The notes beneath the pieces were generated by a model. The model saw nothing but the letters and a program-made list of their open reading frames with translations, was not told the DNA's origin and searched no databases. The position numbers and the translations under genes were made by a program. From assembly GCA_035193785.1 (NCBI GenBank), contig CP136572.1, positions 4,628,578-4,692,577 on the forward strand: a stretch of 64,000 nt of DNA, read 5' to 3'. The DNA is from Planktothrix sp. GU0601_MAG3. GTDB taxonomy: Bacteria > Cyanobacteriota > Cyanobacteriia > Cyanobacteriales > Microcoleaceae. This document shows positions 12,691 to 25,036 of the stretch, in pieces. The stretch's first letter is position 1. Every line of letters starts with the position of its first letter.

Positions 12691-13786
12691 ATGACAGATA
12701 TTGCAATTTTTTTAATGGATTTAGGAGGCGGCGGTGCTGAACGGGTAATGATCAACTTAGCCCAAGGTTTTGTTGAACATCAACTCAGCGTTGATTTGGT
12801 TTTAGTCCAAGCTAAAGGCCCTTATCTTTCCCAACTTCCTGCCGGAATCAACGTCATTACCCTAAACAGTTCTCGATTGCTTTCCAGCCTTCCTAAATTA
12901 GTTAATTATCTCAAAGAAAAGCAACCTAAATTTTTACTTTCCGCCTTAGATGATACTAATTTTATCGCTATTTTAGCCGGAAAAATTGCCGGAAATTCAA
13001 CAAAAGTAGCGGTGACAGTACATAATAATCTTTCCCGGGAATCCCAGAATGCACCCCAACTCAAACGACGTTTAACCCCGACTTTTGTGGGTTGGTTTTA
13101 TCCCCGGGCGGACTATGTGATTGGAGTTTCAAATGGAGTAACCGATAACCTAATTACCTTGGGATCTCCCCCAGAAAAAACCCACTCCATTTATAACCCA
13201 ATTGTGAGTGCAGAATTATTAGAAAAAATTCAAGAAACCCGTTGACCATCCTTGGTTTGCCCCCGGTCAACCGCCTGTTATTTTAGGAGTAGGACGCCTG
13301 ACTGCTCAAAAGGATTTTGCGACTTTAATTCGAGCTTTTGCCCAAGTCCGAAAACAGTACAAAGCCCGACTGATGATTTTAGGAGAAGGAAAAGAACAGA
13401 CCGCTTTAAAAACTTTAGTAGAAGACTTTGACTTAACCGAAGATGTTGCCTTTCCCGGGTTTGTTGATAATCCCTATTCCTATATGGCACGCGCCGGGGT
13501 GCTGGTGTTATCCTCGGCTTGGGAAGGGTTTGGGAATGTTTTAGTAGAAGCCATGGTGGCGGGGACTCCGGTGGTGTCTACGGATTGCGAAAGTGGCCCG
13601 GCGGAGATTTTAGCCCAGGGAAAATATGGTAAGTTGGTGCCCGTTGCCGATAGTCAGGCGATGGCTGAGGCTATTCTTGCCACCCTCACAGAAACGGCCA
13701 ATCCTGAATTCTTGAAACAACGGGCGATGGAGTTTTCTTTGGAAAATTCTGTGTGCCAATACCTGCGGATTTTACGGATGGATTAA
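12691..13786 (+). CDS. Glycosyltransferase family 4; +1 frameshift at 13234-13238
   Basis: GGGAERV, VGRL..QKDF, SSAWEGFGNVLVEAM, STDCESGPAEIL. Confidence 0.9.
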
Positions 13787-13931
13787 GTTGTTAAATGATT
13801 TAATATCCGTAAAAACCATGATAATATATTGTTAATTTTGAATCCTCTGGGTGTATTCACAACAGATGAACGGAAAATCGGTTCATCGGCTTCGCTAAAA
13901 TTGCATTACAGTTGTTTTGGGACAATTTAAG

Positions 13932-14729
13932 ATGATCGTGTTTATTATTCCTGTCAAGAGTAAGAAAGTCGCCACCTCTTGGCCCGATCTGTGTAAACTG
14001 TTTGAGCGGTCTTTGCGTGCGGTTTGTCACCAAACTTCACCGGATTTTAAAGTAATTGTGGTTTGTAATGAAAAACCCACCACTTCTTTTGAACATCCCA
14101 ACGTTGAATATTTGTGCGTTGATTTTCCGCCTCCAGGGGAAGGATATGGGGTAAAAGTTGATGATCGAGCCAAAAGAGTTGTGGCTGGACTATTTGCAGT
14201 TAAACACCTCCAACCCTCCCATGTAATGTCCGTAGATGCCGATGATTGTATTAGTAAAAATATTGCTGAATTTGTCAATAAAAATCCCGAAAAAAATGGT
14301 TGGTATGTTGACCAGGGCTATGAATATGACGAAGGCAGTTCTAAAATAGCGGTTAAAAAAGAAGGGTTTTATCGGATTTGTGGGACTTGTAATATTGTCA
14401 ATTATCGTCTGTTTACATTGCCACCTGAAATGATGCAATATGATCAGTTAACCGGGTATGACCGATTTTTGGGGGGACATCCCTTAGCGAAGGGAGATTT
14501 AGCCGAAAGAGGAACACCTCTGGAAGCCCTGCCTTTTCCTGGGGTTGTGTTTGTCCGAGATCAAGCCGGGGAAAGTGTATCAATGCAGGAATCGTTTTTG
14601 GAGAAATGGAAACGCAACCCCAAGGAAACATTAAGAGGCGTGAAAAAAAGACTAATGGCACCCTTTAATGAACAGGTTTTAACTGATAGTATTCGAGAAG
14701 AATTTGGATTATACGCTTTGAATCGTTAA
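13932..14729 (+). CDS. GT-A fold (GT2-like) glycosyltransferase, paralog 1
   Basis: FIIPVKS, VIVVCNE and a DADD motif, inside the EPS cluster. Confidence 0.75.
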   Translation: MIVFIIPVKSKKVATSWPDLCKLFERSLRAVCHQTSPDFKVIVVCNEKPTTSFEHPNVEYLCVDFPPPGEGYGVKVDDRAKRVVAGLFAVKHLQPSHVMSVDADDCISKNIAEFVNKNPEKNGWYVDQGYEYDEGSSKIAVKKEGFYRICGTCNIVNYRLFTLPPEMMQYDQLTGYDRFLGGHPLAKGDLAERGTPLEALPFPGVVFVRDQAGESVSMQESFLEKWKRNPKETLRGVKKRLMAPFNEQVLTDSIREEFGLYALNR

Positions 14730-14755
14730 CGTTTGATTTATTTTAGGAATCTGTC

Positions 14756-15539
14756 ATGTTAGTTTTTATCATTCCTTTAAAAAGTTCTAAACTCTCTAGT
14801 TCTTGGGAAACGAGTGTGTCAATTATTAGAACGGACTCTCAATTCTGTATGTAATCAAACTTCATCTAATTTTGAAGTGATTATTGTTTGTAATGAAAAA
14901 CCGGAATTATCTTTTTCCCATCCTCAAGTTCGCTGTTCGAGTGTTGATTTACCGCTACCCGGTGACGATTATCTCAGTAAAGAAAAAGATAAAATGTGTA
15001 AAATGCTGCTGGGTATGATCGAAGCGGACAGCATGAATCCCTCCCATATTATGTTTGTGGATGCCGATGACTGTGTAAGTAACCGTTTAGTAGAATTTGT
15101 GGATAAAAATATTGATCAAAATGGTTGGTTTATTGGTAAAGGTTATGAATACCGAGAAGATATTCGCCAACTCAAATATAGAAAGAAAGATTTGCATTTA
15201 AGAACGAATACCAGCCATATTATTAGAATGGATTTACTCAAACCGGATTTGACAATTCCCTTAGAAGAAGTTAGACGGGATAATTTTATTTTGTACCATC
15301 GAGATACGGCGGATATCTTAAAACGTCGTGGAACTCCCCTGGCAGAATTACCCTTTCCCGGGATGGTTTATATTACCGATAATGGGGAAAATATGTGGTG
15401 GAGTCAAGCCCAAATTTCCGAATCTCAAAAAGGGTTTGACTTCAAGAATCAGGTACAATCCTATCTAAAAAAAGCGTATCAACAATTGATTACCCGTCCT
15501 TTAACCCCAGAGATTCAAAAGGAGTTTTACCTGTATTAA
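14756..15539 (+). CDS. GT-A fold (GT2-like) glycosyltransferase, paralog 2; +1 frameshift at 14807-14811
   Basis: MLVFIIPLKS, VIIVCNEKP, MFVDADDCVS, NGWF..GYEY, RGTPL..LPFPG. Colinear with paralog 1. Confidence 0.75.
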
Positions 15540-15569
15540 GTTCATCAAAATTATTCAAGCTGAGAGACT

Positions 15570-16181
15570 ATGTTAGAAGTTTATCAAGCCGATATTGATC
15601 GATATGTGATCACTCAAGGCGGATCTTGGATCTATCTTGTATTGACGAAACAAGGATTATGGGCTTTAGCGGAATATCGCTTTAGTCATTGGGTGAGAAC
15701 GAAAGTTCAGATACCTATTATTAAACAAATTCTCAAAACCTTGGGGTTTATTTGGCACAAAATTATTGAGATGATCGCCGGGATTGATATTCCGTCTAAA
15801 ACCCAAATTGGTCAAGGGTTTTATATTGGTCATTTTGGCGGAATTATTATTAATCAGGATGTGAAAATTGGGGAAAATTGTAATATTAGTCAGGGGGTAA
15901 CCATTGGAGTTGGAGGTCGGGGAGAAAAATCCGGTTGTCCTGTGATTGGCGATCGCGTTTTTATTGGGCCTGGAGCTAAAATTTTTGGCAAAATTAAGAT
16001 AGGAAATGATGTGGCAATTGGGGCTAACGCCGTCGTCACTAAAGATTTACCCGATAACGCCGTAGCTGTGGGAATTCCCGCTAGAGTTGTTAACTATCAA
16101 GGCTCAAAAGATTTTATCCTCTACAGAGATTCTATTAGGGGTATTGAGACTCCAGGGGTTGAAGAAGGTCTGTTGCGGTAG
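15570..16181 (+). CDS. Hexapeptide-repeat O-acetyltransferase (CysE/WcaB-like), probably acting on EPS
   Basis: IGQGFYIGHFGGIII, IGENCNISQGVTIG, PVIGDRVFIGPGAK, IGANAVV, VGIPAR. Confidence 0.87.
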   Translation: MLEVYQADIDRYVITQGGSWIYLVLTKQGLWALAEYRFSHWVRTKVQIPIIKQILKTLGFIWHKIIEMIAGIDIPSKTQIGQGFYIGHFGGIIINQDVKIGENCNISQGVTIGVGGRGEKSGCPVIGDRVFIGPGAKIFGKIKIGNDVAIGANAVVTKDLPDNAVAVGIPARVVNYQGSKDFILYRDSIRGIETPGVEEGLLR

Positions 16182-16266
16182 GGCCCTAAAACTCCTATCA
16201 CAAACTATCTGGGTTGAAGTTAAAATCGAGGGTATCTTCAGACCTGAGAGTATCAAGTTGTGATTT

Positions 16267-16846
16267 TTATTCTCCAATGGCCGGAAGTTGGGGTAGGGGT
16301 AGGGATTCGGGAAGTTGGGGAATAGTGGAGGAATTGCCCTGATAATCCGGGTTTAGGGTGGTGAAAATTGAGGTTGCTGACTGGGATTGATTTTGGGCTT
16401 TGGTGAGTAAATCGACCGTATCCCCTAAAGCCATGGTTAAACTATTGCGAGTTTCCAGATGGGCGACTTTTTCGGCTTCGAGGGCTTCAACCAGTTGATG
16501 AATGTGTTCCCGGGAGCGATCGCGTTCCAACATCACCTCAATTAATTTTGCCTTAACTTCATCCAAAGTTTTTAACGGGTCAATCTCTTGACGAACGGCG
16601 ACCCGTACCTGTAACTCATTGGGTAGGGGAGACAGGCGTTGCCATCGTTTCCAACTCCCCCCGCAGTTCTCCCACTTGTTCCAAATACCGCCTGGCTTCT
16701 TGGCGTCGTTGTTGGGCTTCGGTATTGTAGCGTTGTCGCCATTGGTCGGAACTTTCGATCGCCGCGTTCAGATCCCGTTGGGTTTGTGCCAACTGTTGTT
16801 TTAAGCGTTTAATTTCATCAAGCCACTGTCGAACATCCTGGGTCAT
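16267..16846 (-). CDS. Hypothetical coiled-coil protein; +1 frameshift at 16647-16651
   Basis: MTQDVRQWLDEIKRLKQQL... joins ...DEVKAKLIEV...EKVAHLETRNSLTMALGDTVD after removing one base. Confidence 0.7.
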
Positions 16847-16916
16847 AGAACTGGGAAAAATAAAAAATCGGGCAATTATTAATTCTAGTATTTTATCTAA
16901 ATATTGGTAAGATCTG

Positions 16917-19900
16917 TTAGATCTGATGGAAATACTGTTCAATATGAACTTTTAGGATTTCTAAATTGTCTTGAATTTTTGCGACCTGTTCTGAACAGAG
17001 TGCAATATTTTCCTGTTGGATTGCATTTTCGAGTTGATCAGCTAATTGAGAAATAATCGTCGCCCCCACATTGGCACTAGAACCCTTGAAACGATGGGCA
17101 TATTGTTGTAGGACTGTGAAATTTTGGGCTGTGATCGCAGCTTGAATTTCAACAAAATCCTGTTCACTTCGTTCCATATAAACCTTTAAGAGCTTTTGTT
17201 GAAACTCTTTTTTTCCTCCCGAAATTTTTTGTAGTCGTCCGATATTTAAGGGGGAATTATTAGGGGATAACCCTGATATTTGGGGATGGGCTAATTCGGA
17301 AGTAACTGAAAGTTTGGTATTCTGATTTTTTTGATTAATAATATAAGTCCATTTCATTAAAACGGCTTCTAATTCTTCCGCTTCGACGGGTTTACTCAGA
17401 TAATCGTCCATGCCAACGGCGAGACATTTTTCTCGATCAGTCGCTAAGGCGTGGGCTGTGAGGGCGATAATAATAATATGGTAATCGGTTTGTTTTTGTC
17501 TGATTTGTTGAGTTGTGGCATAGCCGTCTAATTGTGGCATCTGACAATCCATAAACACGATATCATATTTTTTTCGATTCAAAATTTCTAAGGCTTCCAG
17601 GCCATTATTCGCTAGATCGGCTTCATATCCTAAAAGGCTGAGTTGATTTAAAATCACCTCTTGATTAATCAGATGATCTTCCGCTAAAAGAATTTTTAAT
17701 TGTGAATGAGATGGGGTTAAAATATTTTGATTATTGGAGATTTTAGTTAGAGATTGTTGTTGAATATTGGAGGCGACCTGGATAGCCATAGCCTTTAAGA
17801 TTGCATCAAATAAACGAGAAGATCTAACGGGTTTAATTAAATAACTGGCTATTCCCTGATCTAACATTTTTTCAACCAGATCCCGTTGATTTGTCCGGGT
17901 CATTAGGACTAACTTTGTTTGGGATAAATAGCGATCGGAGTTGATAATATCAGCTATATTAGCTGAGTTAATATTTAATAAAAGTTGATCAAAAATTGCG
18001 ATCTGGTAGGCTTCTCCTCGGTTTGCAGCTTGGCGCAATAAAGTTAAGGCTGATTCTGCATTTATGGCTTCATCTAACTGTATTCCCCAGGATTGAGTTA
18101 AATAACGAATCGATTGAAGAATGCTAAAATTACTATCAGCCACTAATAGCTTTAAATTTCTTAAACTGGCAGGGACTACTCGATTTTGTTTGGCTTCTCC
18201 CAGTAAAAATTGAGCCGTAAACCAAAATATTGATCCTTGACCTGCCCTACTTTCAACCCCAATATCACCGCTCATTAAATGAACTAATTGTTTGGAAATC
18301 ACTAACCCTAATCCCGTGCCACCATATTGACGGGTTGTAGAAGCATCAAGTTGGGAAAAACACTGGAAAAGTTTATCCTTGTTTTCTGAAGAAATCCCAA
18401 TCCCCGTATCAGAAACTTCAAATCTTAATTGGGTTGTATAGGAGGTACTAGAAAGTTGATTCACCCGGACTACCACTTCGCCAGTGGAGGTAAATTTAAT
18501 CCCATTTCCTAATAGGTTTAATAGAATTTGACGTAAACGACCCGGATCTCCGCGTAACTGACGGGGTACATTAGGATCAACAATAATAGCCAGTTCTAAT
18601 CCTTTTTCCTCCGCCTGAGTTGCCACCAAATCGACAACGGTTTCCAAACAATGTTCTAAATCAAAATCTAAGGTTTCTAGTTTAACCTCTATGGCTTCTA
18701 ACTTAGAGAAATCGAGAATATCATTAATAATAGCTAATAAATGTTCGGCACTCATGCGAATCCCGCGCACAAAGTCCTGTTGTTTAGGGGTTAATTCGGT
18801 TTTTAATAATAATCCTGCCATCCCTAAAACTCCATTCATAGGAGTGCGGATTTCATGGCTCATATTCGCTAAAAATTGGGACTTAATTCGGGCATTTTCT
18901 AAGGCGGCTTCCCGAGCTTCTACTAATTCATCAATTCTATCCGCAGCAATCACCACACCTCCAATTTGTTGATTGGGTTCATACCAAGGATGAATCGCCC
19001 AGCGAATAATACTTTTTTTGCCATTAGTGTCATAAAACACATCTTCAGAATTAGAAATAATTTTCCCCTTTAATCCTTGTGTAAAGGCTTTTCTCCAACT
19101 GTAGGGCATTTGAGGAAAGACTTTTGTATCAGATTGCTGAAGGGAAAGCAGTTGTTGTTTTAATCGGACTAAACCAAAATCGGATAACCATTTATCACTA
19201 TAGGCGATATAACACATTTCTCGATTAAACATAGCCATAGCCACGGGCGCATGGGTAATAATTTGTCTGAGTTGTTGACTTTCTCTTTCAATCGCATCTT
19301 CTACTTGTTTGCGTTTCTGTAATATTTCGACCTGTGCCATAAATTGATCCTGTATTGGCAATTCTAACGCAATTCCAAGCAATCCATTTATAGGAATTAT
19401 CTTGACAACGCAGTTGGGTTTCAAAGGAAAAAATTAGGGCTTCTTGGGTATTTTCTTCACTGATAGATTGTTCAACGGAACTTAAATTATCAGGATGCAC
19501 AAGGGAGGTAAAGGAGGTTTTTTGCAGTTGTTTGGGAGTAAAGCCCAGAATTTTTTCGACGGAGGGGCTGACTCGTTTAAATCGGAGATCTCGATCTACA
19601 ATAATTAGCATATCAACGGATAATTCAAAAAAGCGATCGCGTTCTAATTCCAATTGTTTCCGCGCGGTAATATCTTCAATTACAGCAATTCCATAGCGTT
19701 TTTCTTCCCTGGGACAATAGGGAAATTCATCTAAGCATGATCCTAAAGAAACCGTCAAATTAATCCAAACAATTGATCCATTTTTATGAATATAGCGTTT
19801 CTCAATAGAATAGCTGGGAATTTCTTGATTAATTAATTTTTTAAATAAAAATAAATCTTTGTTTAGATCATCGGGATGGGTGAAATCCGACAACTTATAT

Positions 19901-20727
19901 CTTAATAGTTGTTCACGGGAATAACCGACAATCTCACAAAATTTTTGATTGACTTTTAACCATTGTTTGGAGAGGGAAACATGACCAATTCCAACAGCAG
20001 CTTGTTCAAAGGTATCTCTAAATAGACGTTCTTGAGCATGGGTTTGGGCAATTTGTAAAGCCAAATTTTGATCTAATTTTTTCATAAAATACAGAGCTAA
20101 AATTGATCCTAAAATCCCCATCCCTGTCACCGCAAACATTGACAACCACGTCAATTTAATTTGATCATTTTGAATTTTTCGGCGTTGTTCAATCAGTTGT
20201 TCTTCCCCTTGAATAAATCGACTAATTTCTTGACGGGTTATCTCCGTTTGTATCCCATTTTGTAGTACAGTTTGTTGTGAATTGTTCAACTGTTTGGGGG
20301 ATTCAACTGCATTGAAGTAATTTTTTAAGAGTTTTTCGGATTGATCAATCGTCTTTTCAATAGTTTTTATTTTTTGAAATTTATCAGGATTATCTATTAC
20401 TAATTTTCTCAGTTCATCTAGGGAAATATATAAATTTTTAGTGGTGGTTTTGTAGATGTCTAAATATTTTTTTTGCCCGGTTAACGCATAATCTTTCACC
20501 GCAATTTCCGCGACCAAAACCCCGGTCAGTAATTCTTGAGCTTGGTTGCGAATTAGATAGGTATGGCGGACTTGGTTTCTAGCTTCTTCGGCTTGGTATT
20601 GAAAAGTCACCGTGATCGCCAGACCAATGATTAAACTAGATATGGGAATCCCAGTAATCAAACTGGCGCGATGACGTTGAATAAACCTTAGCCACCCGGG
20701 TAAGGAATTTGTGAAATCCGTGTTCAT
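16917..20727 (-). CDS. Membrane hybrid histidine kinase (CHASE3-like sensor, PAS x3, HisKA, HATPase, REC x2, Hpt); +1 frameshift at 19313-19317
   Basis: Two TM segments flanking a CHASE3-like region, PAS/PAC motifs (THPDD, IEDIT.RK), FLANMSHEIRTPMNG, GGTGLGL, FMDCQMP, Hpt AHRFKGSSANVGA. Confidence 0.9.
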
Positions 20728-21220
20728 ATCTCCACCTTAAAGCAACCCGTGAACCCAAGATACCAATATCTGAAGGTTTTAAATCAATCCTCCCCCAATA
20801 ACCCCTACAAAAACACCGATCTGAAGCGAGATCGGTGCATTGGGGGTGTTATGGATGTTATCTATCCTAAACCATAACAGATCAGGACTCGGCTTTGAGT
20901 ACACCCTTGTGCTAGTTATCAAATTGTCACAAGAATAAAACTCCCTAACATTTCGATTGCTCCTTTTAATATGTAATAACTGTTCTAAGCAATAATTAAA
21001 AAAAACGCCGTATCTTGCCATAATAATAGATGAAATCCGATTGGTATTGGCAGCATTTAATGAGAACATAAATTCATCTAGGGGTGAACTCTTGAATGGG
21101 TTGTCAAGCTGAATTAAAGTAGTATAATTATAGTATATTTTGAAAAAATCGATCCACAATAGTCCAAGTTCTGCTTTTGAGGCGATTGGGTTATATATTG
21201 TTTAATTCTGATTGAATCCT

Positions 21221-22435
21221 ATGAATATTGTGATCATCTCCTCCACGTTCCCCTATCCACCCAGTCGAGGCGGAACGGAGATTAGAACCTTTAACTTGCT
21301 CAAGTATCTTAATTCTCGCCATCATGTTACTCTAATAACCCAAAGACATTCGGGGGTTAGTGATCAGGAGGTGGAAGAATTGGGTCAATGGGTGAGTCAA
21401 CTGGTGATTTTTCCCCTGCCTCCCGAGCCGGGAAGTTCCGCCGTTGGTAAGGTGGGTCGGTTTATTAACTCCCTCGTCCAAAGTACCCCGCCCAATGTGC
21501 TCCATCGATATTCCCAAGAAATGCAAACTTGGATTGATCAAGCCGTTGAACAGGGCAAAGTTGATGTCATTACTTGCGAACATAGTGTTAATGAAATTTA
21601 TATTCGACCGTCCTATTTAAAGCAGGTGCATACCGTTGTTAATATTCATAGTTCCGTGGTGGGTTGGACTCGTAATCATTTAGAAATGGGGGCTTCTCCC
21701 AATCCCAGACGCGATCGAATTTATTTACAATTACTCTTAGAACGCTATGAAAAACGTTATGCCGCCAAATTTCATGATTTAGTTGTCACTACCGAAGATG
21801 ATGAAAAACAGTTTCGCCAATTTCAACCCCAGGGAGAAATTCATGTAGTTGCTAATGGGGTGGATTTAGAATTATTTCCCATGCGATCTTTTGATCCCAA
21901 TAATCATAACTTAGTATTTGTGGGGGCAATGGACGCCTCCCATAATATCGACGCCGCCCGATTTTTCACCCTAGAGGTCTTACCCATCCTGCAAAATGCC
22001 TATGCCGATACCACCTTTACCATCATCGGAGCGCGACCGGTTCCCGAGGTTCTACAATTAGCAAAGCATCCGGGTGTGATCGTCACGGGAGGAGTTCCCC
22101 GGGTCGTCGATTATTTACATCAGGGGACGGTCTGTGTCACCCCCCTGCGCAGTGGCTACGGGATTAAAAATAAAACCCTAGAAGCCATGGCCGCCGGAGT
22201 GCCGGTGGTGGCCAGCGATCGCGGTTTAGAAGGATTGGCCGTGGATGGGCCGAATAATCCCCACCGGGCTCTGCGGGCTAATACCGTGGCAGAATATGTA
22301 GAAACCATCGGCCGACTGTTTGAACATCCCCATCTAAGGGAACAATTGTCGCAAAATGGGAGATTATTAATTGAAACTGAATATACTTGGGAACGAGCCG
22401 GTGAGCTTTATGAACAAGTTCTGCTGCGCCGTTAG
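21221..22435 (+). CDS. Glycosyltransferase family 4
   Basis: FPYPPSRGG..R, VANGVD, FVGAMD..HN, GYGIKNKTLEAMAAG. Confidence 0.88.
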   Translation: MNIVIISSTFPYPPSRGGTEIRTFNLLKYLNSRHHVTLITQRHSGVSDQEVEELGQWVSQLVIFPLPPEPGSSAVGKVGRFINSLVQSTPPNVLHRYSQEMQTWIDQAVEQGKVDVITCEHSVNEIYIRPSYLKQVHTVVNIHSSVVGWTRNHLEMGASPNPRRDRIYLQLLLERYEKRYAAKFHDLVVTTEDDEKQFRQFQPQGEIHVVANGVDLELFPMRSFDPNNHNLVFVGAMDASHNIDAARFFTLEVLPILQNAYADTTFTIIGARPVPEVLQLAKHPGVIVTGGVPRVVDYLHQGTVCVTPLRSGYGIKNKTLEAMAAGVPVVASDRGLEGLAVDGPNNPHRALRANTVAEYVETIGRLFEHPHLREQLSQNGRLLIETEYTWERAGELYEQVLLRR

Positions 22436-22460
22436 CCCAATCCCATCCTAATCTGAATCC

Positions 22461-24121
22461 ATGATGAATCCTTTAGAGACAGGTCATCAACCCTCTCCTG
22501 CCAAAAAGAGTCAACCCCGAAAACCTCAGCCCCAAACGGCTAAAACCCCAGCCAAATCAGGGCAACAGCGTCGTCAAACTCGACGTTCCCAAACGGCTGT
22601 TTTACCTGGGGGCAAAAAAACGGCCCCCCAACCGCCGAAATCTAAACCGTCCCGGCCCATTAGCCAATTTTGGAAAAAATGGATCGCCGACGGGGTTGCC
22701 TTTACCTTACTATTCGGAGGAAACCACCTTAATTGGCGGCTGTGCCTGGTTTAGTTATCAATTAATTGTGAATCCCGATATTGGGGTTTGGTTAAATCAA
22801 TTGTTACCCAGTTGGACACAAATTCCCCTACAACGTCGAGACTCAATTGTTACCTTAGATGAAATTCATCAGGCTCTCAAAACCGAAGGATTCATGGTGG
22901 GAAAATCCCTAACTTTGCCAACGGTCGATGCCATTTCAAAAACGGCAAATGAGCAAAAATCCGCAGTCCCATTTAACTCTTTATTAGTCAATTCTAATGC
23001 CGCGGTTCAACAGTCCAATGATTTATTAATTCCTATTTTAAAAACCCGTGACTCTAGTATTGCCCATCCCTGCGAAGGGACTTGTCAAGAAATTGTACAG
23101 GTGCGGGTTTATGAAGCCGTTCAAACCCCCTATCAACGCCAGGGTAGCACACAATATTATCGGTTAATGCAGCAACTCAATACCCAGGGCCCGGCCGAAT
23201 CTTTTGTGATTGCTTCCCTAATTGGAACCGAATCTAATCAACAGGGTTCTAATAAGCCCTTACCCTTAACTCGACTCACACAATTTAAAGGAAAAGTTCC
23301 TCAAGGGGGGGTCTGGTTTAATCTGAATAGTGAGCGAGTCATGGGGGATAAAACCGTCCCCTATGGACAGATTCTTCATTATAATCCGAGTCGCCATTAT
23401 TTAAGTATGATGTTGGAATGGAAAAGTGCCGCCGGACAACAACCCATCTGGCAGGAAGTGACCGGAGGCAAAGATCCAGAATTATTAATTGAACAAACAA
23501 TTGGTTTAGAAACCTCAATTTAGTATTTATCAAGTCCAACCTTTGCAATTTATTCCTAACCCGATTCAATTAACCGCTATTTCCTTAGATGAAACCTTTT
23601 TAGATAATTATAATTATCGACAGGCTTTAAGATTAGCTCGGAGTGGGTTATGGTCGCCAGCATTGAATTTAATTAAACCATTGAAAAAAAATATAGTCTC
23701 GGGAAATAGTTCTAATTTGAAATGGTCAACGGCGGCTCAAGCCCAGTTAGATTTAATTGAATTTCATGCTAAAATTACTAAGGCTCAAGCTGTTGCAGCC
23801 TGGGCAAGTCCGAGTCAACAGGTCTTAGCCAGTTTAATTGATGGACGCTGGAATGAAGCCTTAGAATTCTTAAAAAATAGTCCGGGAAATCAACAGGAAA
23901 TTGCCAATTTATTAAGATCAAATAGCGGACGGATCAAAAATCGTCTAAACGCAGCTTTATTAGAAAATCCCGAACAATTGGAATTAAAAACCTGGGGAAC
24001 TTTAATGATTGCGGCGGAAGATGGCAGAAGTCGAGCGATTAATTGGTTAGATGGACAACCCAAAACGGAGCAGAAAGACCGCCAAGAAATCCTAGAGTTA
24101 TTATTAAAATCTATAGAATAA
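22461..24121 (+). CDS. Hypothetical membrane-anchored protein; +1 frameshifts at 22720-22724 and 23509-23513
   Basis: Three consecutive ORFs join into one frame: basic Pro-rich N-terminus, one TM segment, helical C-terminus. Confidence 0.65.
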
Positions 24122-24175
24122 ATTATCTCCCCTCTGGTCGTGTTTTTTAACTTACTTTATAACCTATCTAAATTT

Positions 24176-24994
24176 ATGGGAGAGCCAATTTTATCCCCGT
24201 CTCAAGTCGGTTTTTGGGAAACCCAACGAAAGAAAATAGCGTTTTATTTAGAAGATATTAATACCCCCATCGGGAAAATAGTTAATTTAAGTTTAACTGG
24301 ATTAATTTTAATCTCATTAACCAGTTTTATCGCCCAAACCTATCCTCTTTCTGATTTAGTTCGTTCTCGGTTAGAATTACTGGATTTTGTGATTTTAATT
24401 TGTTTTACAATTGAGTATTTAATTCGATTTTGGGTGGCTGATAATAAAAAAGAATTTATATTAAATCCTCTATCAATTATTGATTTATTTATTGTTTTAC
24501 AAGGTTATTTAAGATTTTTAAATATTAGTTATTTGAGGATTTTTCGTTGGTTTAGAATCCTAAGATTAATTAGATTTATTGATGTTAAAATCTCAATTTT
24601 CAGGATTAAAAGCGAAGATGGAGTCATTTTAGCTCGAATTATTTTTACCATATTAACCATTATTTTTATCTTTTCTGGCCTAATTTATCAAGTCGAACAT
24701 CCCGTTAACCCAGAGGTTTTTAAAACCTTCTTAGATGCGGTTTATTTTTCCGTGGTCACCATGACCACCGTAGGGTTTGGGGATGTCACCCCGATATCAG
24801 ATACAGGAAGATTTTTAACCATTTTAATGATATTAACTGGAATTGCTTTAATTCCTTGGCAATTAGGGGATTTAATCAAACAATTACTCAAAACAGCCAA
24901 TCAAATAGAAACGATTTGTTCTGGGTGTGGGTGGTCAGTCCATGACCAAGATGCCCGATTTTGTAAACGCTGTGGAACCCAATTAAACCCCTAA
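24176..24994 (+). CDS. 6TM potassium channel/ion transporter with C-terminal zinc ribbon
   Basis: S4-like LRIFRWFRILRLIR, pore YFSVVTMTTVGFGD, C-terminal CSGC...CKRCG. Confidence 0.88.
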   Translation: MGEPILSPSQVGFWETQRKKIAFYLEDINTPIGKIVNLSLTGLILISLTSFIAQTYPLSDLVRSRLELLDFVILICFTIEYLIRFWVADNKKEFILNPLSIIDLFIVLQGYLRFLNISYLRIFRWFRILRLIRFIDVKISIFRIKSEDGVILARIIFTILTIIFIFSGLIYQVEHPVNPEVFKTFLDAVYFSVVTMTTVGFGDVTPISDTGRFLTILMILTGIALIPWQLGDLIKQLLKTANQIETICSGCGWSVHDQDARFCKRCGTQLNP

Positions 24995-25036
24995 TTAATG
25001 TAGCTCGTTGTTGCGCTTCAGCGCATCTTTCAAAAC

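Noticed and set aside
20779..21159. 126-aa minus-strand ORF
   Set aside because: No recognisable motif, and it fills the divergent promoter region between two real genes.
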